Of a DNA stretch of 64,000 nt, positions 14,559 to 26,897 are shown one piece after another. The translations under genes and the position numbers were made by a program. The stretch's first letter is position 1. Each line of letters starts with the position of its first letter. This stretch comes from Eledone cirrhosa. Its lineage: Eukaryota. The notes under the pieces are model-generated. The model searched no databases. It saw only the letters and a list, made by a program, of their open reading frames with translations, and was not told the DNA's origin. The DNA is taken from NCBI GenBank assembly GCA_964016885.1, contig OZ024743.1, positions 260,214,001 through 260,278,000 on the forward strand, read 5' to 3'.

Positions 14559-14639
14559 GCTCTATATAGTCTTAAAAAGACTATTTCACGAAACTTTTCA
14601 GTGGGGCTGGTCACGGTTGGAGTCGTTCATCAGTAGAGC
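14559..14639 (-). ncRNA. Canonical type I hammerhead ribozyme
   Basis: Minus strand: gctcta-CTGATGA-acga...tcgt-GAAA-tagtc(tttttaa)gacta-TA-tagagc. All three stems pair. Confidence 0.85.
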
Positions 14640-14743
14640 TCAAACACGAAAACCAAAGCCACTGCTAAAATATACCAGAAAGGGAATTTAAAAGCAGGCT
14701 AGTTACACCTCGTGTACACACATGGAGAACAGGATATATATAT

Positions 14744-15183
14744 ATTAGCAGAGGTACCCGGCGTTGCTCGGGTATTAAATAGCAGTTGTGTATGTCATTT
14801 ATGTCAATACTTCAGTGCTGCTTCAAAAACTATACTTTTACAAAATTGTCGGCTTTTTGCAAGAGGGGATTCCTGCCCCCAGGGGTCCCCTACTCAATAT
14901 GTGCCAATTCTGAGAGTTCACATTCATCTGTAGGACAAACGTATCCCATGTGTCAAGTTTTGTGAAAATCGGTTGCGAACTCCAGAAGTTATGATGTTTT
15001 GTTGCATTGCACTGCAGTGCTTCAGTCGACTCCAAGGTAGTGGTCAAAGGTGGTTATCTACCGGGAGGCCCTATAATCAATATCTGGAAAAATGAAAGTG
15101 CCCATGACCATCCGGAGTACATAAGTAACTTATGTCTTAAGTTTGGTGAAAATACTGTAGAAATGCATAAGGTTTATACATAC
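14744..15183 (-). mobile_element. Non-autonomous Helitron-like element
   Basis: Minus-strand 3' end tacccgagcaacgccgggta hairpin + ctctgCTAAT. Internal tgtgtcaagttttgtgaaaatcgg-type motifs. Confidence 0.6.
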
Positions 15184-15280
15184 GCGCGCGCGCGCGTGTG
15201 ATTGTGGGGGGGGGGGGTATGTATTTGTGTATGTGTATGTATGTGTATGTCCGTCGGGGCATACGTATGTACTGGCCTAA

Positions 15281-16953
15281 ATCTTCACTATTTACTTTTA
15301 CTATTTTAATAACCTCTGTCATTATCGTTTTCAATTTTATTTACATCATTCTTAAACTCCGGGGCTGGAAATCCTTCTGTTATTTTAGATAGAATATTAG
15401 TCTAACGACTCCATTTATACCATAAACTTGGTCTTGTCTTTGAATGAAATTGTTCTTCTCGCTGCACATAACGACGTATTATCCTCGCTTTTTTTCCGTT
15501 CATTGCAAGGGAACGTCTTCACGAACCAAAATATCGACTTCCTGTTTTCCTTCGGTTGCAACGTTTCTCGAAATATTTACTTCTGCGTTCACAGATTACT
15601 CTCAGTTCAATTTGAATGGGAAATTCCTGTTTCATCGATTTTCTCCTTAACTATGGAAGCTTGAAAGTCGACCCAACCCCTCCTCGGGGCATTTTGCATA
15701 ACTGTGTAAATTTTCGCTGCATTCCACCAAGCCGTTTCGACGTTTATCCGACTACACCTACATATACAACGTCCGACAACTTCCAATTTATATAGTAGAT
15801 ATATATAACACTTCCGGTTATACGTCATTCCTCACTTTTTCTTATAACGTCGCACCGCATTCCCCTCTTTTTCTTAGTCTGTATGTCTGGCTGTCTGCAT
15901 TAGTTAACGTTTTTCGAAATATTTACTTCTGCGTTCACAGACGGATTTTTTTTAGTTTCAGAAGCTCCCGTTAAGGGTGAAAATAGCGATTCTTTGCTTA
16001 AACTGTAATCTGTTATTTTAATATATATATTCGTGTACAGATATTTTTGCATACACAAAAACAAAAACCTATTTATTTTACGAAAGCACAGACGGCTTAT
16101 CGTCATTGCTACTGTTCGAGGTTAGAGGACCACAGTCTTTCCAAGATCTGAGAACCATCAATGGCCATCAATGTTCCACTTACCGTTTGGCTTGCCAGAT
16201 GCGTGGTATATTACACGATGACAGCCATTGGCACCTCACCCTGCAAGAAGCAGCAACTGCTAAAGCCTCTTCTCAGCTGCGAAAACCTTTTGCTATTATG
16301 CTGCACAACTGCGATCTCGCCGACCCTCTCGCACTGTGGAACAACCACCGTGAAAGTCTAGCTGAGGACATACTCCACCGCACACGCAGACACAATCCAA
16401 ACGTAACATACAATGTCGTTTTCAATGAGGCGCTCATTTGTCTTGAAAACAGTGTCCTGGAGATTGGTGGTAGGCCTCTAAGTACACTGACAGGAGTGTC
16501 GAGAGGTCAACGTCTACAGAGCTTCTCCGCGACGAGACAAGCTACGAAATCAGCGATTCTCCCATGGTCAATTGTATGTAGGATGCTCTAGGGTGAGCTC
16601 GCCAAACAATCTCTTCATCTTTGCTCCGGAGGGCCGAACAAAAAATATTGTATACTCTGCAGCTCTAATAATGTAATTTAAATATTTTCTGTTACTTGGA
16701 ATTTCCATTATGGTTGTACAAATTATTGTTTGTTAAAAAAGTTGTTCTCTGTTCAGCCTTTATTGTTGTAACTATCAATTTTTTTAACGTACTGGTTGCT
16801 GAACTGGGGAATCCTAAAAAACTATTCAAACCCAACATCAGAGCACGTTAACAACCCCTCCCCTCGCTGACTTGAGAGGGCGCGCGGTATCTTTGCACTG
16901 AAAAGATAAAATGCCGTAAACCTAGCCGGGTGCCAACCGGACGAGCCAGATAG
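15281..16953 (+). mobile_element. Internally deleted Helitron
   Basis: 5' TCTTCACTATT.. start (boundary tentative), RepHel remnants, 3' hairpin ccgg..ccgg followed by ATAG (degenerate CTAG). Confidence 0.7.
16106..16670 (+). pseudogene. Helitron Rep/helicase fragment
   Basis: LLFEVRGPQSFQDLRTING..TYRLACQMRGILHDDSHW..LRKPFAIML..DPLALW..LAED (Rep-helicase linker), then a deletion, then the Pif1-type C-terminus HGQLYVGCSRV..TKNIVY. Confidence 0.88.
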
Positions 16954-16963
16954 TATATATATT

Positions 16964-17034
<71 letters not shown>

Positions 17035-17189
17035 ACATGCACACATATACACGCACTCCCAAAGAGAAAGAGAGAGAGGGTGGGGAGAAATGAGGTGCAA
17101 CAGAAATGAAACATTGATTACAGATCAAAATATTAGTCCAGATAGATGAGAAACAAAATGAGGATGTAGTTTATGGAACACCCACATAA

Positions 17190-17680
17190 TTTAGAAGTCC
17201 ACCTTAAGTAGGAGCAATAACATTAAGAAAGGCATGAACGACGCCACATTATTTTGTTTTGAAAATGTTGAAAGTAGGTTTATAAGAATGAATGTTCTGT
17301 ACCTTTTCGTGGCTATCTCAGTGACCTAGTGGTAGGTACTAGAGACAGTGGAGATCCTGGTCTTGGGCTCAATCTTGGTCAAGGGGTACATGTAATCTTT
17401 TTCACTTTTTATTTTACATCCCATAGAAAAAAATTGAAAAGGCTCACCGAGAAACCTAGGATCGAACTTCAGACCAGGATCGAACTTCAGACTAGGATCG
17501 AACTTCAGACCAGGATCACCACCGTCTATGATTCCTAGAACTAGGCCGCCGAAAATGCTACTACAGTATAATGAAAATCAATAATTATAAACCTACTTTC
17601 AAAATCAAAGTTTAAAAGATGTGGTGTCGTTCATCACTTTCCTAGAGCTATTAGTCATATTTATAGTCGACTTAACCTTA
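17190..17680. mobile_element. Inverted-repeat element with two convergent tRNA-like segments
   Basis: Arms atgaacgacgccacat..gaaagtaggtttataa and ttataaacctactttc..atgtggtgtcgttcat. The 18-bp aggatcgaacttcagac repeat occurs x3 at about 17458-17517. Confidence 0.6.
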
Positions 17681-18026
17681 TTATTTCTGTGTGTTTAACT
17701 ATTGAATTAATTTAATTTGATTATTTTAACAAACAAATAATCTATATATATATATAATATATATAATAAAATAAATATGGTTTATTATATATATAATAAA
17801 ATAAATATGGTTTATTATATATATAATAAAATAAATATGGTTTTATAAATATAGTTTGCATTTATTAATATATTATGTATTTACTCCACTAAACTGTTGA
17901 GTGCTTTATATCAGTTATAAAAATGTTTAAGCTTGTTGAATCCCAACAAATTAAATATAACCTCTGCATATATATATATATATATATATATAGTTAAAAG
18001 AATAGAGGTATAACACACAAGTTATT

Positions 18027-18509
18027 ATATATTGGTAAACGGAATAGAAAATGCTGACAAATTGTTCACAGTGAAAAATAGTTTAATTAGGAATAAATGA
18101 GAATTAGTAATTGTATTGGTTAGTATTCAGTTTTGGTTTTAAGTTTTACCGGTTGCGCATTTCTAAATGCTTTTCAAAAATAATTTTGAGATAGAGTGTC
18201 CGTGAAAATTGTTTTGACCACAAAATTGTTTTGACCACAAGAATTTTTGCAACACGAATTGGCGCAAAAACCAATTTTAATAGCGCTGGAGCCACTTTTT
18301 AAACATAAAAACAGGTAGAATTCCCAAAACTAATCAGATCAGAGCAAACATCACGGACGCTCTATCTCAAAATTATTTTTGAAAATGCGCAACCGGTAAA
18401 ACTTAAAACCAAAACTGAATACTAACCAATACAATTACTAATTCTCATTTATTCCTAATTAAACTATTTTTCACTGTGAACAATTTGTCAGCATTTTCTA
18501 TTCCGTTTA

Positions 18510-18518
<9 letters not shown>
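18027..18518. mobile_element. Foldback element in (TA)n, ~170-bp arms
   Basis: 18027-18205 is the reverse complement of 18350-18518. The end also recurs at 22440-22540. Confidence 0.85.
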
Positions 18519-18553
<35 letters not shown>

Positions 18554-18807
18554 GGTTTGTTGGTTCACCACTGGATAGAATTGGTCATTCCGTATGGTCA
18601 ATCTTGATATTTAATTTTCTATTAATTTTCTAATAATTTAATTTCATCCTATAACTCTTAACATAAGTTAACGTTCCAATTTTCTGTTCACACATTAGAC
18701 CATACAGACACCCATATATATGCCTTTGTTAAAATATGGGTTCTTTGGAATAACATTTTTCGCGGCGTCTTCTAGCATGACTGTAGTGTGACCCTTACGC
18801 TGACTTT

Positions 18808-18864
<57 letters not shown>

Positions 18865-19057
18865 TCTTTTTTCTACTCTGACAGAGAGGTGTAGTACATT
18901 ATAAGCTTTTGCCCCCTAACCAGATGGTCATTAGTAGACCGAGTTGCCATCACTTGAGGGCGACTGGCCGAGGTGAAGACAGCTAGTTGGTCAGTCGTCC
19001 TCTCTGTCTCTGATTTTCGGACCCATGGATTTTATATATTCCTTTGTTATATTTCGA

Positions 19058-19115
19058 ATACCTGATGATATCACCGGATTCATACGGAACCCGGTCATTG
19101 AAATGATCATAGTAT
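19058..19115 (+). ncRNA. Type I hammerhead in TA-flanked element 18551-19165
   Basis: atac-CTGATGA-tatc-accgg..ccggt-catt-GAAA-tgatca-TA-gtat. Confidence 0.75.
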
Positions 19116-19158
19116 AATAAACTTTTCAAGGATTTACACCAGTCCAGCCTCCTGTTAT

Positions 19159-19247
<89 letters not shown>

Positions 19248-19896
19248 TCAATTAGATCCCTAGGGATTTTTGTACAAGTTGAAAACATGTTATGTATGCA
19301 TATATATAAATCTATATATACACATGTACATGCATACACATACACGCACTCCCATATAAATATATATATATACATTGAGTGAGCGTGAAAGACCAAAGGT
19401 CATTATTGAAAGTATCTGGATTTCGCAAAATACATATTTTTTATTGGAGAGGGTAAGATATTTTTCAGGAAAAAATTGATTGCCCTGTTTTGTTTCCACT
19501 TTGAAAATGTTATTTATTCATTATACTAATTAAATGATAGCAGTCTATATGTAGGTGGGCCCCCTTCATCTGCTGGCAACCAATACTTTTAGACCCAGTC
19601 CGCCACTGTATGTATGTATGTATGTATGTATGTATGTATGTATGTATGTATGTATGTATGTATGTATTTATTCATATATGTATGTAATGTATGTATCTAT
19701 CTATCTATCCATTAATGTATGCATGTATGTTTGTATGTAATACATGTAATAATATATATATATATATATATGTGTGTGTATATATACATGTATATATATA
19801 TGTATATATATACATGTATATATATATGTATGTATGTATGTAGGTATGTATGTATGTATGTATGGACATATGTATGTATATATGTATGTATTTTTG

Positions 19897-20364
19897 TCGG
19901 GTCACTCTTGAGTGCTACTGGTAACATGTAACTCAGTACAACCTGTCGCATGGTCGGGTCGTCGGCGCACCAAACTGGCAACCCCACCAAGTTTACTTGG
20001 TGAGGCGGGTGATTTTGGACACCCTGCAGGAAAAAAAACAAAACCTGACAAAGGGCGAAAGAACTCATGAGTCAACGGTCATCCAAAAATGTGTAAATAT
20101 GTATATACATGTGTATATGTATATATGTATATACATGTAAACATATGTATATATATGCACGGGGACATAGAAATAATCAGGCTGGAAACCCGATCACGCG
20201 GTTAAACCACTGGGAATGAAGGACCTCTAGCCTTTGTCAGGGCATTCTTCTAGGAGAAGGCAACTCGGGAAACTGGGATAACTCCGATATAAAACCTGCA
20301 GCTCAGTTGTTACCGATGATGTTGATCTTTTCTTCTTTTCGGATTATAGCTACTGTCGCTCAGA
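19897..20364 (+). mobile_element. RTE-like non-autonomous element, split by simple repeat
   Basis: Homologous to 6140, 45536 and 57318. Contains ctaggagaaggcaactc...aaacctgc. Confidence 0.7.
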
Positions 20365-20410
20365 CATGAATATGTATGCATGGATATATGTATCTATCTA
20401 TGTGTCTCTA

Positions 20411-20455
<45 letters not shown>

Positions 20456-21051
20456 GGCGACTAATGGTAACAACATGAATCAACCAATAAAAGGTTGCTT
20501 CTTCTCTCTCTTTAAAGTGCAACATTCCAGATGGCCAATGTCTAATCCTACCAGTCGATAGACTTGCAATTTTGAACTATGAATCATGGCAGCATCTAAA
20601 ACCGGCCGATTGATACAAAATGGTTTCCATTGAAATTGATAATTTACGAGGTCAGGGTCAATCTAATCAGTATAATGTCACATTTAAATTAGTTTTGACA
20701 CCACTCTTTCTCTCCTATCTGAATCTCATCTCTCTCCCTTTTGCCTTTCTGGATTTCACCTTATTCTGCCTGCCAGTCCTTTATTTAGACTAGAAACATT
20801 TCTCTCTACTCTCATCCCTATTTCTATTTCTCTAAGAAAATTCAGACTTGATCCTTCAAAAGCATCCTACACAACAATAATGTGTGAGAAATTTTGAAAT
20901 GGATAGAAAGCAGAAATCACTCACTTTGATCCACTCCTTATCTGGGATCAATTTAGTGTGAATTACATTTAAAAACTACGTTTTAACTTCTGGCACAGCT
21001 CTACATAAGTAGCACTAGGATCAAAGGTGCTCTAGTCATAGACATAATAAT

Positions 21052-21441
21052 TCTTTCTACTTTTGGCACAAGGCCAGCAATTACCCCAGTGCATTACTGG
21101 TACTTTATTTTATCGACCCCGTAGGATGAAAGGCAAAGTTAACCTCGGCGGGATTTAAAATCAGAATGGCAAGGGCCGTAACTCTATGCGTCAAAGCAGG
21201 GCGTCCGACCCTCTACCGATATTGCCAATCCATGATTTCTAGTATAGGCCATCAATTTTGGGAGAGGGGAAAGTCGATTAAATAGACCCCAGTGCGTGAC
21301 TGGTACTTTATTTTATCGACCCCGTAAGCATGAAAGGCAAAGTTAATCTCGGCGGGATTTGAACTAAGATCATAAAGGGCCGTAACTCCATGCTGCAAAG
21401 CAGGGCGTTCGCCCCTCTACCGATACTGCCAATCCACCGCC
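21052..21441 (-). mobile_element. SINE dimer within a single 20-bp TSD
   Basis: ctagtcatagacataataat at 21032-21051 and 21442-21461 flanks two tandem SINE units. Confidence 0.88.
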
Positions 21442-21654
21442 CTAGTCATAGACATAATAATGGAAGCCGGTCTTTTGACCAAGGAAACAATGTTTCTATC
21501 AATTTTTCCATTGATGATACTATATGCTGGTCGCAACTCTTGGCAGAAGAAGCAGCGTTAAACTAATGTATTTTTGCTTAAGAAACATTTCAACTGGTCC
21601 GGGAACCGAACCCACGATCTAACAAATTTATAACGCCTAAATGTGTGTGTGTAT

Positions 21655-22100
21655 CCCGGTTCAATCGGGGGTAACCATAGTAAGTGAGGTACTCAATACA
21701 TAGTAGAGTATATAATGATTGATATAGAAATGGCTTCTACATGACTAGAACTGTTTCATTCGAAGGAAATCATCAGAAATAAGGTATGTTTATAAATAAA
21801 CATTTAGAAAGCCATAGCTATGCAAAAATATCGGCAGCTATCACCATCTGGCGGTGGTCGGCAGAAACAAGGGGAACAATCGTCGATGCATTTCGAACAC
21901 AACTGCTTCTCATGGGGACGACCCCTCCTCCCCGCACTTGCAACTGCTGGACTTTGAAATCAGGCGAGAATATATAGTTTCCTCGTCTGTGTAACTGAGG
22001 CGCTTCATCTCATTTGCATATGAAGCGGTATAAGGTGGCTCAACCTATAATAGAATATTATTTCTAAATGTTTATTCATAAACATACCGTATTTCTTTAG
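21655..22100 (-). mobile_element. Two fused hammerhead-element remnants
   Basis: 21655-21777 is an inverted homolog of 60700-60830 with CTGATGA..GAAA. 21775-22097 is a diverged homolog of the 36073 monomer, with short terminal inverted arms and a mutated HHR near 21879-21922. Confidence 0.7.
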
Positions 22101-22220
22101 AAATGCGAAATTCCGATACATATCTGTATACAGCTATGCGCGAAGCTAAATTATAATATATATATACCACACTGTTCGTACTGCACTCTTTGTTATTGTT
22201 TTTGTTTTTTTGTTTTTTTA

Positions 22221-22263
<43 letters not shown>

Positions 22264-22534
22264 GATATATTAACAAATGGAAACAATATTTATAAAACCA
22301 TATTTATTTCATTATACATATTTCAATGACACCAAGTCAAATTATGGTGCGCTATCCGGGAGCTTCCAACAGAAATGGTCGCATTCTTTAAGGGTATGTC
22401 AATATTTATTTATAAAATTGATCTATATTATATCTTATCTGAATACTAACCAATACTTATTACTAATTTTTACTTATTCCTAATTAAACTATTTTTCACT
22501 GGGAACAATTTGTCAGTATTTTCTTTTCCTTTTA

Positions 22535-22591
<57 letters not shown>

Positions 22592-22770
22592 ATCAGTTGT
22601 GGGGTCTAGTCTTCATGAAGAACTCAATGTAATCCATATGTTGAAAATGTTGTAGGTTAAAATAAATCCCGGAAAACAATAAAACATTAAAAGGAAAACA
22701 AAGTCATGATATAAGTTATAATCAGGAAAATGCGAAGTTTGGTGTAGATGTTAAAGAGTCATTTATTAAC

Positions 22771-22859
22771 GAAGCTGTGATACATATTTCAATGACGACC
22801 GTTGCTACGTGATTGAACAATCACGTAGTAGGTCACGCAATATCACCAGACAGTAGCTT
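22771..22859 (-). ncRNA. Hammerhead-like motif with long stem II
   Basis: Minus strand: agctactgt-CTGGTGA..tactacgtgatt-gttc-aatcacgtagca..GAAA-tatg-TA-tcacagct. Confidence 0.55.
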
Positions 22860-22946
22860 TATGTAATAAGGTTACGTTTCAGAGGCAATCCAATCTAAAG
22901 ACAAGGAAGCGGACAGAAATGATGTTTTCATAGCCGACGTCGGTTC

Positions 22947-22987
<41 letters not shown>

Positions 22988-23326
22988 AACACCCCCTACA
23001 CATACACAGACACACACACATACACACACACATATATATATATGCGTATGTGTGTGATATGAAACTACTTTTAAGCATAATCAGTGCTGAAGGAAAACAT
23101 TAGACGATAATCAATAGTATAATTTGGGAGCGTTATGCTGCCAATAAAACACACACACGAGATGCGTTTCATTTGAGTTTATTATTAGTTGAGTAAGCAA
23201 TCCATTCATCGAGTAATTTAATAATCTGTTGGTTGCTTAATTGTTATCTTGCTTTCTAGGCACTCTGAATTTTATATTCCGAATATATACTCATCAGAGT
23301 ACTCGATACTTGGGGTAGTAAAATAT

Positions 23327-23400
23327 TGGGACCCCGACGGCTGAGTTCTTGCCGTTTCAACAACTAATTCCGAACGCAAGAGCTCAGCCGTCGGGGTCCC
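23327..23400. repeat. GC-rich 25-bp-stem hairpin
   Basis: gggaccccgacggctgagttcttgc / gcaagagctcagccgtcggggtccc. Confidence 0.9.
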
Positions 23401-23805
23401 GTCTCATTGATATATATATATATATATGAGAGTATTGAAGTTTGCTTGAAGCATTGTGGAACAATAAGTAAATATCTTTAAGTCGTTTGGAAGCCTCGAC
23501 AATGCAAATGGGTAAATCTCTGGGTAACAAGGTCCGGTGGTGGAGAGAGAGATGTAAATGGGTGTACGTTGAGATGCGTGGTGTGTATAAGATGTGTGAG
23601 ATGTGTAGAATGAAGGGAAGAGTATAAAGGATAAAAATAAAAATAACAACATAAGAGAGAGTTACCTTGGGAGAGATTTAATAGTCCCTATATATTTCGG
23701 ATTCACATCCATCAACTGGGGTTTTTTCCGGGGTGGGGGAAAAGGTTATATATATATATAGTGACGAAACATAAGTCAATTGCATGAACTCATAATCCTT
23801 TATTT

Positions 23806-23861
23806 ACTGCTATATATATTTCGATGATAGCCATTGTATGGTTATGACCTCATCAGGCAGT
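23806..23861 (-). ncRNA. Type I hammerhead motif
   Basis: Minus strand: actgc-CTGATGA-ggtcataacca..tggctatcatc-GAAA-tatata-TA-gcagt. A second degenerate motif lies at 23696-23741. Confidence 0.75.
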
Positions 23862-23939
23862 TAGTCAGTTCTTAGATATGCCAGTTCTGTGTTTTTGGTG
23901 TTGATGGTTTCAGAACCTTGGGACATATATATATATATA

Positions 23940-24625
23940 TAAACAAACATAAATTATCGAGATTCGCATTTCGGCCCACGAAATAACGAAAAACAACCTC
24001 CGAGATGTGAGGCAAGTGCTCAATGATTCAGATGAACCAGAGCTATAACAAACGTTAAAGGCCAAACACACTGAGACGATGGTTAAACAATCATTCGCAT
24101 AGCCAAAAAAAACGATCAAGTAATTCGGGTATTGAAAATTTACCCGGACCCTTGGAAGGTTGGTAAAATCCAGTATTTGGGATTCTGCGGCTCCTAAATC
24201 AAGTACCGTCCGCTTACATAAATAATGTCAGGCTCTGGTAAGATGATTGAACAAGGAAGCCACTTTCTCAACAGGTTTTAGTTCAATGTTAATACAAGGA
24301 CTGACTATTGCTGACTCCACGTGGGGATCGGCAAGGGAGGCATCCCCTATATCAGGCGAATAAATTCAGTTGTGTATATTTTTGCAAGAATGCAGAAACG
24401 AATAGAGTTATCAACAGAAGGGTTAAAATTAACATAAGCTATTTATCAGTCAATAGAATCAACTAAAAAATCAAGAAAATTAACTAGTCAATAGCTAGAG
24501 TCTGGAGATAAATACAAACATAAATTATCGAGATTCGTATTTCGGCCCACGAAATAACGAAAAACAACCTCCGAGCTGTGAGGCAAGTGCTCAATGATTC
24601 AGATGAACCAGAGCTATAACAAATA
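23940..24625. mobile_element. TA-flanked element with ~110-bp terminal direct repeat (period ~575 bp)
   Basis: acaaacataaattatcgagattcg..ccagagctataacaaa at about 23942 and 24514. Confidence 0.7.
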
Positions 24626-25378
24626 TATATATATATATATATATTGTTATACTTTGGGAGGGTCATGCTGCCAATAAAAACACACGCACCTGTCGGTTGG
24701 ACTTCAACATATTATAAATTTCCGGTTGGTTGGTTGGATAACCGGATGGTTGTTTATATATTGTCAAAGCTCTTTTGTCACACAACCTGTGACCTCCTCA
24801 GTGACTGGGTTTTTATTTGGTGTCTCTCCTTTATTCTGTCCTACACCATCTTGTTTTGTGCGTTGTGTGTTTTTGTACTAGGAGTTTCCCGAAGCAAGTT
24901 GATCTTACTTCGTTCGTCAGTGATCGGAAAGTCACCGTCGGTGATACTTCAGTAAATCCCTCCTGAAAAAAAAACATCCTTGAGGATACATGTAAAATAC
25001 ATACGCACACTCACGCGCAGACATGCGACATCCGTTCACAATCACACGCACATTTATCTACATGTATGAAGGGACACGCACATATACATACATGCACACA
25101 TGCACACATCCACGCATCCACGCCCATAAGTACCTCACCACACACACGTGCGTATGTTAGTGCACATGCGCCTATGCCCACATATGCACACGCACACACG
25201 TACAGACACACAAACACGTGCACATATGTCTTGTTAATGGTGCAGAAGAGGTAAAATATTCTGACAGTCTTTTCTATTTGGAATGTTTCGATGTTCGGCT
25301 CCCGAAAGGGTTAGAGTGGTTGCCTGGTGGTCTTGAATCCTTGTATCTGTGGTTATTGGTGTGTGTCTGGATATTTGG

Positions 25379-25765
25379 TCACACAAACCGGAGAATATAT
25401 TTTGTTCTATGTGCACATGGCTTACATATGTCGTTCTTCTTCTTGAGGCATGGGTTTGAATCCAGTGAATTTTTCCATATAAGCCACCTGTCGGTGTTGC
25501 AGGAAGCGTACCTCTTAGGACCATGGACGTAGGGCTTACATTTTTCTGTTATCTTCCAGCTGATGTTATAATTATTAGATCCCTCTTTCAGCTTCAATTA
25601 GCTGGAAAGCTTGGTTGCCTACTTTTTCTTCTGTTACCGGAATGACACCGCATGATTGTTGTATCGTTATTTAAACTGTTGTTACATAAGACGATGTACC
25701 GCTTACGAGTGGTTAGATTTTGGCTTGACAATTTTACTGTTGCCTCGTAGACACTGTTGCCTTCG
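25379..25765 (-). pseudogene. PLE GIY-YIG endonuclease fragment (Naiad-type)
   Basis: VYEATV..YIVL..FK*RYNNHAVSFR..TKLS..KLKEGSNNYNISWKITEKCKPY..C..CKPCAHRTKYIL, with frameshifts. Confidence 0.85.
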
Positions 25766-25789
25766 GCTTAAAAATAATTATAGGCATTA

Positions 25790-26240
25790 ACCTAACCAAT
25801 GTCAACTTCCTAAATGTAACACTAGACCTACAAAAAATAATTAATACAAGCCCTATAGCAAACCAAACGATAGATTTTCCTACATAAACGCAAGATCCTG
25901 CCAACCCCGTAATCTCATGAAAGATATTAGCAGGAGAATCTCCAACCTCTCATCTAGCAAAGAGAGTTTTGACATAGCGGCCTCCACCTACAACACAATC
26001 TTAGAAGTAAGCGGATTCAATGAGAGAATCAAATATAACACTTGACTAGCAATGGCGAACCCCGAAGAACAATCTAGTTCACGCCCCTCACTTCTAAGTG
26101 AACCTCGAGAGATTCATTCAGTAGAAGATTCCTAACTCTGATAGATAAATTCTTTCCATCTTGCCACCCTTACAGAAACTATTCAACAGGCACAACCTTA
26201 CAGTCAGTTTTAGCTCAATGCCCGACTCTAAATTAATTAT
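25790..26240 (+). pseudogene. PLE reverse transcriptase thumb/linker fragment
   Basis: VNFLNVTLDL..YKPYSKPND..YIN..RRISNLSSSKESF..Y..SGF..RFLTLIDKFFP..LQKLFNRHNLTVSFSSMP. Confidence 0.85.
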
Positions 26241-26641
26241 GACCAGTAAACTATGTGCACTAACAGACACACGTCTGTGTGTTTTGGTGGGAGGAGATAC
26301 GTGTGTGTGTGTGTACGTATTTTACAGGTATCCTCAGGGATATTTTTTCAGGGGGGATTTTACTGAAGTATCACCGGCAGTGACTTTCCGATCACTGAAG
26401 AACGAAGTAAGATCAACTTGCTTCGGAAAACTCCGAGTATCTCGGGAGGTATACGTTAGTTTCCCGTATGTTTTATATAACATAGAATATGTATATATGT
26501 ATATTATAGTCGTGACCTAGCATGGCCAAAACTGGATGGGAAAAGCCAGTCAAGGAATAAAAGAATTAATATCTGTATATGTACAGGGGTATGTATATTT
26601 TTTGAAAATGTACTTCAATGTTGTATACATACATACATATG

Positions 26642-26696
<55 letters not shown>

Positions 26697-26788
26697 TAGA
26701 ATAGCTTTCACCGTATTTTTTTGACGAAAGAAATTTTAGTCTGACAATGGGGTTTAGAACCCTCAGATAAATGGAAAAAGATGAGTAT

Positions 26789-26897
<109 letters not shown>

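Larger units (their letters stand above)
10588..19608. mobile_element. hAT-like TIR pair enclosing a 9-kb nest of insertions
   Basis: CAGTGGCGGACT at 10588 and AGTCCGCCACTG ending at 19608. Shared subterminal ggttgccag/gggcycac motifs; tatgtatg on both sides. Confidence 0.55.
24670..26447. mobile_element. Decayed Penelope-like element in head-to-head inverted arrangement with pLTRs outside
   Basis: Inverted arms 24877-25010 and 26308-26440 carry CTGAA/CGA..GAAA motifs. An EN fragment (-) and an RT fragment (+) lie between them. Confidence 0.8.
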
